This document shows positions 1 to 7,820 of a DNA stretch of 44,365 nt, one piece after another. Source of the stretch: Gammaproteobacteria bacterium (GTDB lineage Bacteria; Pseudomonadota; Gammaproteobacteria; Steroidobacterales; JABDKV01); contig JABDKV010000325.1 of NCBI GenBank assembly GCA_013002045.1, positions 1-44,365 of the forward strand, in the 5' to 3' direction. The stretch's first letter is position 1; each line of letters starts with the position of its first letter. Below the pieces are notes generated by a model. That model did no database searches and was not told the origin of the DNA. It saw only the letters and a program-made list of their open reading frames with translations. A program made the translations under genes and the position numbers.

Positions 1-280
1 GCAGCGCCGGGCACAGCGCATAAGCGGCATTGAGATCCATACCGTTACGCACCCCGTGCTCGCGCGCCAGTGCATTGGTGGCATGGACACGGCACTGTCG
101 TGCCTCACCATCGATAATCGCCACGGCCGCAGTGGCCTCCATACCAGCCGCTTCTACAGCCAGCTGCGGTAAACCTATGCACAACCACAGGTGACGACTA
201 CGCGGGGGAGATTGTGGTGCCGGTGGCGGGACCGGTCCGGTGGCCGCTAACAGGACGGCCTGGCGATGCGACACCGCCAT
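1..280 (-). CDS. imuB: ImuB (Y-family polymerase-like protein of the imuA-imuB-dnaE2 cassette), N-terminal fragment. The gene continues past the left window edge.
   Basis: This ORF is not in the ORF track because it is open at the edge. My translation of the minus strand from ATG (280..278) gives MAVSHRQAVLLAATGPVPPPAPQSPPRSRHLWLCIGLPQLAVEAAGMEATAAVAIIDGEARQCRVHATNALAREHGVRNGMDLNAAYALCPAL. The LWLC..LP.L..E start and the start codon 2 nt after the imuA stop fit ImuB. Confidence 0.6.
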   Translation of the reverse strand, partial: MAVSHRQAVLLAATGPVPPPAPQSPPRSRHLWLCIGLPQLAVEAAGMEATAAVAIIDGEARQCRVHATNALAREHGVRNGMDLNAAYALCPAL

Positions 281-282
281 GC

Positions 283-957
283 TCAGGATTTAGTCTGTAG
301 CCGGGTCAGTGTGCGACGGGTGTGCGCGGCACCGAGTGGCAACTGCAACGTGACCGGCCGTGCGCCGCGATTCTTGATGACATCGACACGTAGCCCCTGC
401 GCTTCGGGTGCCACACACAAACGCAGCACTGCCGGTGAAAACTGTTGTCCGACCGTGTCGGGGCGAAACACGATACCGAGTGTGTCGCCTTCGCTGGCGG
501 CCAGCTGTAACCGACGCAGACCACTGTCCTGGCACTGGCGTGCCCAGACCAGTACTGCGGCACAACTACCCGAGCGTAACGATTGCTCTGCTGCCCAGAA
601 AATCTCGGTAGCAGAGTCGGCATGCACGACGAGCAGACGTGACAAGTCGAGCCCGGCAGCTTCCAGAGCCGGTGCATAGGGCACCCAGGGTGGTGCGATC
701 CAGACCAGGCGGCGTCCGTCATCGGCCTGGCTCAGCCGTGCCAGTGCTGGCAATAACAATCGCAGTTCCCCGCGACCATAGTGACTGAGCAGGACTTCGG
801 TCAGCGCGGCCGGCGGCCAGCCACGCCAGGGCAGACTGGCATCGAGTTCGGCAAAACCCGTGGCAATACCGGTGGGCGCTTCACCCTGTTCGTTGCCACG
901 CCAGATGCGCGGATGATGCAGCAGTTCGAACAACGATTTGTCGCGCGACTCGTCCAT
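283..957 (-). CDS. imuA: ImuA (SulA/RecA-like SOS-inducible protein of the mutagenesis cassette)
   Basis: 224 aa. It carries ...HPRIWRGNE...TGFAELDASLPWRGWPPAALTEVLL...GRGELRLLLPALARL..., the typical ImuA signature. It sits between lexA and an ImuB-like ORF. Confidence 0.7.
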   Translation of the reverse strand: MDESRDKSLFELLHHPRIWRGNEQGEAPTGIATGFAELDASLPWRGWPPAALTEVLLSHYGRGELRLLLPALARLSQADDGRRLVWIAPPWVPYAPALEAAGLDLSRLLVVHADSATEIFWAAEQSLRSGSCAAVLVWARQCQDSGLRRLQLAASEGDTLGIVFRPDTVGQQFSPAVLRLCVAPEAQGLRVDVIKNRGARPVTLQLPLGAAHTRRTLTRLQTKS

Positions 958-1005
958 TTAGCTGGGCCCGACGGCCACTCCCCTCCCCCGTTTGAAAAAT
1001 GGCTG

Positions 1006-1608
1006 TCAGGCCTGGCGGCGAATGACACCAACCACGACACCCTCGATCACCATGGGTTCGTGCTCGAGATCGACATGGATCGGCTCGAAGTCGGGGTTCT
1101 CCGGTAACAACCACACTTCCTTGCCTTTCTGTCGATAACGCTTGACCGTCACCTCGTCCTCCAGCCGCGCAACGATAATCTGGCGATTACGCACCTCGGG
1201 TGTGCGATATACCGCCACCAGGTCGCCATCGTGAATACCGGCGTCACGCATACTCATCCCCTGCACCTGCAACAGGTAGTGCGGACGCGGATCGAACAGC
1301 GACGGATCGAGCCGGTAATGTGACTCGACATGTTGCTCTGCCAGGATCGGCTGACCGGCGGCCACCCGTCCGACCACCGGCACACCGGTTTCGACATCGT
1401 CAGCGAGACGAATCCCGCGCGACACACCGGGTATCAGCTCGATCGCGCCTTTACGTTGCAGCGCACGCAAGTGTTCTTCGGCCGCATTGGCTGAGCGAAA
1501 ACCAAGCTCGGCGGCGATCTCGGCCCGCGTCGGTGGCATGCCTGTTTCTTCTATAGCGCTCTGGATGAGCTCGAGAATCTCGGTCTGACGGGGAGTTAAT
1601 TCCTGCAT
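1006..1608 (-). CDS. lexA: LexA SOS repressor
   Basis: 200 aa. It has an N-terminal wHTH ([12 protein letters not shown]...[13 protein letters not shown]), the Ala-Gly cleavage site ([10 protein letters not shown]), the catalytic Ser (GMSMRDAGI) and the catalytic Lys (VTVKRY). Confidence 0.95.
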   Translation of the reverse strand: MQELTPRQTEILELIQSAIEETGMPPTRAEIAAELGFRSANAAEEHLRALQRKGAIELIPGVSRGIRLADDVETGVPVVGRVAAGQPILAEQHVESHYRLDPSLFDPRPHYLLQVQGMSMRDAGIHDGDLVAVYRTPEVRNRQIIVARLEDEVTVKRYRQKGKEVWLLPENPDFEPIHVDLEHEPMVIEGVVVGVIRRQA

Positions 1609-1621
1609 GGCGCACCGTTAT

Positions 1622-1637
1622 CTGTATATAAATCCAG
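1622..1637 (-). promoter_or_regulatory. LexA operator (SOS box), proximal to the lexA start
   Basis: CTGTATATAAATCCAG matches the gammaproteobacterial CTG-N10-CAG / CTGT-N8-ACAG consensus. It lies 14 nt upstream of the lexA ATG. Confidence 0.75.
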
Positions 1638-1639
1638 AC

Positions 1640-1655
1640 CTGTGATTATATACAG
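1640..1655 (-). promoter_or_regulatory. LexA operator (SOS box), distal, overlapping a TATAAT -10 hexamer
   Basis: CTGTGATTATATACAG is a perfect CTGT-N8-ACAG. On the minus strand it reads CTGTATATAATCACAG and contains TATAAT (1645..1650). It is separated by 2 nt from the first box. Confidence 0.8.
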
Positions 1656-1832
1656 ACCTGGTGTCTGCGCAACCGCTCGTCAGCTCAATTGTTAACGCTT
1701 TGGGAATTGCAACCCATAGCCCTGATTTTGTGGCATTATTATCACAGACCGCATGAGGTAATTATGGTAAACACCTAAGCGGTCACGCTAAAACCAAGAA
1801 CTAAGTGATCAACCCGAGGGGCTGCAGAACAA

Positions 1833-3572
1833 ATGGCACACGGTATCGTGATCGGAAACACCGGGTTGGCGTTGCAACCCCGACCGCGCGCCGCGGAACC
1901 GACTCTCAACCTCCCCTTCAGCACACTCGAACACAATCGCGACCCGGTCCTGCTACTGACCCCGGTCGCCGATAACAACGACCCGACCATCGTTTACGTA
2001 AACGAAGCATTTGAACAGCTGACCGGTTACAACCGCACACGTGCCCTGGGCGCCTCACCCCGCCTGCTGATTGGCAGTCGCGGCCAGTTTGGCTGGCTCG
2101 GTCGGTTGCGTCGTCGCATGCAGTCACACATGACCTTTAGCGAACGCTGCCGCTTACGCTGTGCCAACGAAGATGCACTGGCAGTGCTGGTCGAGGCGCA
2201 CCCGGTCAGTAACAACGAAGGTAAGGTCGCCTACTGGCTGGTGAAGATGCACAACCTGGCCGGCTGGAGCGAGCGCCCGACACGACCCTCACAAGTCGTC
2301 CCGGCGCTGCACGATGACCTTACCGGCTTACTCAATCGCGCCGGGTTCGAGCAACATGTTTCGGCTGCCCTGCGTGGAGCTACCGAGCAGGACCAGCATC
2401 ATGTCCTGTGTTATCTCGATCTCGACCAGTTCAAAGTCATAAACGATACCTGTGGTCATGAAGCCGGTGACGAACTGCTGCGTCGCCTCGGTGAACTGCT
2501 ACCAGGTTGCCTGCGTGACAACGACACGCTGGCGCGTCTGGGTGGCGACGAGTTCGGCGTTTTGTTCCAGGACGCCACGCTGACCCATGCGCAGGTTATG
2601 GCAGACCGGCTGCGCGAAGCCATCGAGAAGTTTCGTTTCCCATGGCTCAACAAGGTTTTCAGTATCGGTGTCAGTATCGGGCTGGTTTGCATCGACACCT
2701 CGAGCAAAGGTGTCTCGCAAATTCTCAGCGCCGCCGATACCGCCTGTTTTGCAGCCAAGGACCTGGGACGCAACCGCATTCACGTCCATCATCACGAGGA
2801 TGGCGAAATCGCCCGCCGCCATGGCGAAATGGAATGGGTCACCCAGATCCAGGCCGCCCTGGACCACGGCCGCCTGCAACTGCACCTGCAGGAAATACAG
2901 GGACTGTCTGCCGCAGCCAGTGACGGTGGCCGCCACTACGAAGTCCTGCTGCGCATGGAAGACGAGGATGGCTCGCTTATCTCACCCGAGCATTTCCTGC
3001 CGGCGGCCGAGAACTACCACCTGTCGACCCGTATCGATAACTGGGTCGTCGGTCGCGCCTTCGACCACCTGACTGAAACCGAAGTCCACCGCGACGACGG
3101 TCAGCTCTGTTGTATCAACCTGTCCGGTCATACGATGACCGATGCCGGCTTTCTGCAAAGTGTCGTGACGCGCCTGCGTACGGCACCCCATGCTGCCAGC
3201 TCAATTTGCTTTGAGATTACCGAAACTGCCGTCATTGCCAACCTCGGGCTGGCGACGCACTTCATTACTTCGCTAAAGAAGCTGGGCTGTCGCTTTGCAC
3301 TCGACGATTTTGGCAGCGGTCTGTCTTCGTTTGCTTACCTGAAAAACCTGCCTGTGGACCTGCTCAAGATCGACGGCATGTTTGTACGCAACATTACCCG
3401 TGACCCAATTGATCTTGCGTTTGTCCGTTCAATCAACGAGATTGGACATGTAATGGGCAAACTGACGGTGGCCGAGTTTGTCGAAGACTCGAACACATTG
3501 CAGATACTGCGGCAACTCGGCGTGGACTACGCGCAGGGCTTTCATATCTCCAGACCCGCACCGCTGGTCTGA
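1833..3572 (+). CDS. PAS (LOV-like)-GGDEF-EAL c-di-GMP turnover protein
   Basis: 579 aa. The PAS motif is TIVYVNEAFEQLTGYNRTRALG. The GGDEF domain has an RDND I-site followed by RLGGDEFGV. The EAL domain motifs are YEVLLRM, FEITE, DDFGSG, KIDGMFV, EFVE and QGFHISRP. Confidence 0.9.
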   Translation: MAHGIVIGNTGLALQPRPRAAEPTLNLPFSTLEHNRDPVLLLTPVADNNDPTIVYVNEAFEQLTGYNRTRALGASPRLLIGSRGQFGWLGRLRRRMQSHMTFSERCRLRCANEDALAVLVEAHPVSNNEGKVAYWLVKMHNLAGWSERPTRPSQVVPALHDDLTGLLNRAGFEQHVSAALRGATEQDQHHVLCYLDLDQFKVINDTCGHEAGDELLRRLGELLPGCLRDNDTLARLGGDEFGVLFQDATLTHAQVMADRLREAIEKFRFPWLNKVFSIGVSIGLVCIDTSSKGVSQILSAADTACFAAKDLGRNRIHVHHHEDGEIARRHGEMEWVTQIQAALDHGRLQLHLQEIQGLSAAASDGGRHYEVLLRMEDEDGSLISPEHFLPAAENYHLSTRIDNWVVGRAFDHLTETEVHRDDGQLCCINLSGHTMTDAGFLQSVVTRLRTAPHAASSICFEITETAVIANLGLATHFITSLKKLGCRFALDDFGSGLSSFAYLKNLPVDLLKIDGMFVRNITRDPIDLAFVRSINEIGHVMGKLTVAEFVEDSNTLQILRQLGVDYAQGFHISRPAPLV

Positions 3573-3620
3573 CCGTACTGCTACCCGCCGGCGGACGGTA
3601 CTGCAAAGCAGGGAGCAATT

Positions 3621-4229
3621 ATGAGCGTACTCATCTACGGGCCACCGGCCAGTACCTACGTACGTACCGTGTGTATGGTGTGCATCGAAAAACGCATTCC
3701 CTACGAACTCAAGGACGTAGAGTTCGGTTCATCCAATCACATGTCGCTGCATCCCTTTGCACGTATCCCGGTGCTCAAGCATCGCGACTTCCTGCTATTC
3801 GAGTCCAGTGCCATCACTCGTTATCTCGACCAGGTTTTCGAGGGTCTGCAACTGCAACCCGAAGAGCCACGCGCTCTGGCCCTGATGAACCAATGGGTCA
3901 GCACCGTCAACGATTACTACTACGAGGTCATGATCCGCGATCTCGTGCTGCCACGCCTCGGGCTGGCGCCACTGGACGAGAAGAAAATCGAAGCGCTGCG
4001 ACCACGCCTGGAACACCAGCTTGGTGTTGCAGACCGTACGCTGGCAAACAGTACGTTCATCGCGGGTGAGCAACTAACGCTAGCAGACCTGTTCCTGGCA
4101 CCGATCATCGGCCAGGTAATGAAAACACCAGAGGGCGGACGCGCCGTACCCGGATACGACTCGCTGGTACGCTGGATGCGCGACATGATGGAGCGGCCCA
4201 GCTGGCAAGGCAGCGACGCCCGCCTGTAG
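3621..4229 (+). CDS. Glutathione S-transferase family protein
   Basis: 202 aa. The N-terminal thioredoxin-like motif reads RIPVLKHRDFLLFESSAITRYLD, followed by a helical C-terminal domain. The gene starts 48 nt after the preceding gene. Confidence 0.8.
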   Translation: MSVLIYGPPASTYVRTVCMVCIEKRIPYELKDVEFGSSNHMSLHPFARIPVLKHRDFLLFESSAITRYLDQVFEGLQLQPEEPRALALMNQWVSTVNDYYYEVMIRDLVLPRLGLAPLDEKKIEALRPRLEHQLGVADRTLANSTFIAGEQLTLADLFLAPIIGQVMKTPEGGRAVPGYDSLVRWMRDMMERPSWQGSDARL

Positions 4230-4493
4230 CGGAGAGTTGCGTCGCGATGGCGCCGCTTGGCCGCCTGCTGCACAAAAGTTGACAAGATCAAAGCTGGCAG
4301 CGCCAGCCCCCCGATGCCGCGATCGTCTCTGTTAGCGTGGCGGAGCGGCAGTCCCTCCCGCGGCGGTGCCAGGATGTCTTCGACATAATGACAGTGCATC
4401 GCAGGCGGCGGACGCGGTATCATTAACGCTACGGGCGCACCCCAACAAGAAGCCGATAACAGGTGTCGTACCGTCAACCGCGGGGAATTTTGA

Positions 4494-7400
4494 ATGCGCG
4501 TAATTACGCTGATGCTCATGCTATGCATGACGTGGGGGGCCGCCCAGGCCGAGCTGTGGATCAACTTTGAAAGCGGACCGGTACGTCCACTGGCAATGTC
4601 ACCCGATGGCAGCCGCCTGTATGCCGTCAATACACCAGACAATACGCTGGAGATTTTCGACATCGCCAGCGCCGGACTGCAATGGCTGGCTTCAGTTCCG
4701 GTTGGTCTCGAACCTGTTGCCGTCGCGCTACGCAACAATGACGAAGTCTGGGTCGTTAACCATTTGTCCGACAGCATCAGCGTAGTTGATGCCGGCGCGA
4801 CACCCCGGGTCGTACGCACATTGCTGACCGGTGACGAACCGCGCGACATCGTCTTCGCCGGTAGCGGCAATGATGAACTCGCCTTCATTACGACTGCACA
4901 TCGCGGTCAGCATCGTACGCACCCGTCGATTTCTGCGGTCCCCGGCGCCGGCGACCCGCAACTGAGCACAGCGGGCGTCGGACGCGCCGATGTCTGGGTT
5001 TATGACGCCACCAATCCCGGCAACACGATAGGTGGCACACCGGTGAAAATTATCGAGTTGTTTGGCGACACGCCACGCGCACTGGCAGTCACCCCCGATG
5101 GCAGCACGGTTTATGCCGCTGTTTTCCACTCGGGCAACCAAACGGCCGTCGTCTCTGAAGGTATGGTGTGCAACGGCTTCGACAATACCCCGTGCAATGG
5201 CGATGGGATGGTGTCACCCAACGGCCTGCCCGGTGGGCAAGTTCCCGGAGGCAATCCCGGACCGGCTGCCAGCGTGCACGGCGTGCCCGCACCCGAAGTG
5301 GGACTGATCGTGAAATACGACAATGCCAGTGGTGAGTGGCGCGACGAACTCGGCCGCAACTGGAGCAACGGTATCCGCTTTAACGTACCCGATCTCGACG
5401 TCTTCGCCATCGACACCGGCACGCTGAATTCTTCCGTCAGCTATGCACAGGTGGGGACGGTCCTGTTCAATATGATCGTCAACCCGGCCGATGGCAGCCT
5501 GTATGTCGCCAATACCGAGTCACGCAACGAGGTGCGCTTCGAAGGGCCCGGCGGTGGCGGTTCAACCGTGCAGGGCAACCTGGCGCAGGCCCGTATCACC
5601 ATCATCGATGGCAACAGTGTCAGTGCGCGGCACCTGAACAAGCATATCGATTACAGTGTTACACCAGCACCGGCGGGAACTGCCGACCACAGTATAGCCA
5701 CACCGCTGGACATGGCGGTCAGCAGCGATGGTATGACGCTGTATGTCGCTGGCTTTGGTTCCGGCAATATCGGTGTGTTCAATACCAGCGAACTCGATGA
5801 CGACACTTTTGACCCGACGCAGTCCAGCGCCGGCTATCTCACTCCCACTGGCGGTGGCCCGGCGGGTCTGGTGCTCGACGAGAGTCGTAACCGCCTGTAC
5901 GCACTGACCCGTTTCGACAACGCGGTATCGATGTTTGACCTGGACGATGGCAGCGAAAGCGGTCACTACAGTCTGCACAACCCGGAACCGGTGTATGTGC
6001 GTAACGGTCGTCCATTTCTCTACGACGCCAGGCTGACCTCATCCAATGGCGAAGCCTCCTGTGCCAGCTGTCACATCTTTGGCGACATGGACAGTCTGGC
6101 CTGGGACCTGGGCAATCCGGACGGCGAACTCAAGAGCAGTCCGCTGGAGATTAACCTCGAGACTATCGCCGTCGCACTCAACCAGACCTCACCGACGATC
6201 AATGGCACCGGGGACATTCGCGACCTGCATCCAATGAAAGGGCCGATGACGACGCAAACATTGCGCGGCATGCTCAATTCCGGGGCGATGCACTGGCGCG
6301 GCGACCGCGCGGTCGGCGAATTTGGCACCAGTGCTACCGACGCCCTGCTGTCGTTCCTCAACTTCAATGAGGCCTTTCCGGGCCTGGTGGGTCGTGCCAG
6401 TAGCCTGAGTCCGGCCAACATGATGTTGTTCGCCGATTTCGCTTTGACCCTGACCTTGCCGCCCAACCCTGTGCGTGGGATCGATAACAGCCTGAGCGCG
6501 TCGGAACAGGCCGGTCGCGACCTGTATTTCGGCCCGCGCCGCATGGATGGATCCCCGGTCGACATTTTCGGCGACCCCAATGGTGACGGCTTTACCTGCG
6601 AAGGATGCCACCGTCTTGATGCCGCACAAGGCTTCTTCGGTACTGGCAAACATGCCAGTTTCGAAGACGAAGAGCAGACCATGAAGATCCCGCACCTGCG
6701 CAATATGTACCAGAAGGTCGGGATGTTCGGTATGCCGGCTGTTGAGTTCTTCAATAGCGGCAACAATACCCACGCTGGCGACCAGGTTCGCGCTACCGGG
6801 TTCCTCCACGATGGCAGCACCGACACACTGTTCCGCTTCTTCCAGGCGACGGTGTTCAATCAGAACGTTACGCCTTTCGGCACGACCGGATTTTTCAATG
6901 ACACCGAACGCGCCGATATGGAAGCCTTTATGTTCGCCTTCGATACCGACCTGGCACCGGTGGTTGGTCAGCAGATCACGCTGGCATTCGACTCTCCGCA
7001 GGTCATCGAGGATCGCGTCGACCTGTTACTGCAAAGGGCAGCTACGCCATTCGTATCGCAGATCCTCGGTGGTGCCGTTACCGAAGCCGATATCGTCGTC
7101 AGCGGCCGCATTGGCAACGTCGCCCGCAGCTGGGTCCGACTGGCCGATGGTACTTTTCAAAGCGATAGTGCCAACGAGACGCCATTAAGTGCTACAGCAT
7201 TGAAGCAACTGGCACAGACTGCGGGACAGGAACTGACGTTTACTGCGGTAGTTCCAGGTACTGGCGTACGCATCGGCATCGACCGGGACAGTGACGGTAT
7301 CTACAACAGTGACGATGTATGCCCCGCGGTCAGCGATGCTGGCCAGGCCGACAGCGACGCCGACGGCTACGGCGATGCCTGTGACAACTGCATCCTCGAT

Positions 7401-7631
7401 GCCAATACCGATCAGCACGACAGCAACAATGATGGTTTTGGCAATCGCTGCGACGCCGACCTGGACAATGACGGACAAGTCAATTTTGTCGACCTGACTA
7501 TCATGAAGCAGACCTTTTTCAGTAACGATGCAGATGCGGACCTGGACAATAGCGGCAGCGTCAACTTTGCCGACCTGACCATCATGAAGAATGGCTTTTT
7601 CGGGACGCCCGGCCCAAGCGCCTACCAGTAG
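4494..7631 (+). CDS. Large secreted multidomain protein: beta-propeller (YVTN-like) + di-haem cytochrome c peroxidase/MauG-like region + thrombospondin type 3 repeats + two dockerin-like repeats
   Basis: 1045 aa. The signal peptide is MRVITLMLMLCMTWGAAQA. Propeller strand motifs are SPDGSRLYAVN, TPDGSTVYAA, PADGSLYVAN, SSDGMTLYVA and SRNRLYAL. Two CxxCH motifs are present (CASCH 6060..6074, CEGCH 6597..6611), followed by IPHLRNMY and GFLHDGSTDTL. The C-terminus has D-rich TSP3-like and dockerin-like repeats. Confidence 0.8.
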   Translation: MRVITLMLMLCMTWGAAQAELWINFESGPVRPLAMSPDGSRLYAVNTPDNTLEIFDIASAGLQWLASVPVGLEPVAVALRNNDEVWVVNHLSDSISVVDAGATPRVVRTLLTGDEPRDIVFAGSGNDELAFITTAHRGQHRTHPSISAVPGAGDPQLSTAGVGRADVWVYDATNPGNTIGGTPVKIIELFGDTPRALAVTPDGSTVYAAVFHSGNQTAVVSEGMVCNGFDNTPCNGDGMVSPNGLPGGQVPGGNPGPAASVHGVPAPEVGLIVKYDNASGEWRDELGRNWSNGIRFNVPDLDVFAIDTGTLNSSVSYAQVGTVLFNMIVNPADGSLYVANTESRNEVRFEGPGGGGSTVQGNLAQARITIIDGNSVSARHLNKHIDYSVTPAPAGTADHSIATPLDMAVSSDGMTLYVAGFGSGNIGVFNTSELDDDTFDPTQSSAGYLTPTGGGPAGLVLDESRNRLYALTRFDNAVSMFDLDDGSESGHYSLHNPEPVYVRNGRPFLYDARLTSSNGEASCASCHIFGDMDSLAWDLGNPDGELKSSPLEINLETIAVALNQTSPTINGTGDIRDLHPMKGPMTTQTLRGMLNSGAMHWRGDRAVGEFGTSATDALLSFLNFNEAFPGLVGRASSLSPANMMLFADFALTLTLPPNPVRGIDNSLSASEQAGRDLYFGPRRMDGSPVDIFGDPNGDGFTCEGCHRLDAAQGFFGTGKHASFEDEEQTMKIPHLRNMYQKVGMFGMPAVEFFNSGNNTHAGDQVRATGFLHDGSTDTLFRFFQATVFNQNVTPFGTTGFFNDTERADMEAFMFAFDTDLAPVVGQQITLAFDSPQVIEDRVDLLLQRAATPFVSQILGGAVTEADIVVSGRIGNVARSWVRLADGTFQSDSANETPLSATALKQLAQTAGQELTFTAVVPGTGVRIGIDRDSDGIYNSDDVCPAVSDAGQADSDADGYGDACDNCILDANTDQHDSNNDGFGNRCDADLDNDGQVNFVDLTIMKQTFFSNDADADLDNSGSVNFADLTIMKNGFFGTPGPSAYQ
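7458..7601 (+). repeat. Intragenic direct duplication (81-bp period) encoding two dockerin/EF-hand-like Ca-binding segments
   Basis: GACCTGGACAATGACGGACAAGTCAATTTTGTCGACCTGACTATCATGAAGCAGACCTTTTT (from 7458) aligns with GACCTGGACAATAGCGGCAGCGTCAACTTTGCCGACCTGACCATCATGAAGAATGGCTTTTT (from 7539). The protein segments are DLDNDGQVNFVDLTIMKQTFF and DLDNSGSVNFADLTIMKNGFF. Confidence 0.7.
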
Positions 7632-7820
7632 CTGGCATATTCACGCGGTATTTACATAGGATTCAATAACTTGAGTTCACGGCTACCCGGGTGCCATGTT
7701 TTCACGCCGACGCGGTCCAATACAGTGTGACCAATGCAGTGGCTAAGCCACCGCAGGTGTTCTATGCTCGCGGCGCCGTCGTTGCTAACGCGCCGGCGCA
7801 GACAGGTGTGATTCCCCAAA

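Noticed and set aside
3573-3620. A direct repeat GAC(C/G)GTACTGC and the perfect palindrome CCGCCGGCGG (3585..3594) lie between the GGDEF-EAL gene and the GST gene. I considered them as a terminator or operator.
   Set aside because: The palindrome has no loop and no following U-tract. The spacer is only 48 nt, which fits simple co-transcription. There is too little evidence for a regulatory call.
4230-4493. I considered a known riboswitch (cobalamin, SAM, c-di-GMP and others) in the long leader of the secreted haem protein gene.
   Set aside because: I could not recognise any class-defining conserved core, for example a B12 box or the GEMM motifs. It is kept only as an unclassified structured-leader candidate in the findings.
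3920-4888. A 322-aa minus-strand ORF spans the whole 4230..4493 intergenic gap and overlaps both the GST gene and the giant secreted-protein gene.
   Set aside because: The translation is low-complexity and Ser/Arg/Ala/Pro rich, with no motif. This is typical of antisense frames in GC-rich DNA. Both overlapped plus-strand genes have strong family signatures.
6071-6859. Minus-strand ORFs of 262 aa and 206 aa lie inside the giant secreted-protein gene. Similar antisense ORFs occur in mfd (32878..33624, 34210..34857, 34575..35234).
   Set aside because: These are shadow ORFs in GC-rich coding sequence. The sense frames contain the haem motifs and the helicase motifs respectively.
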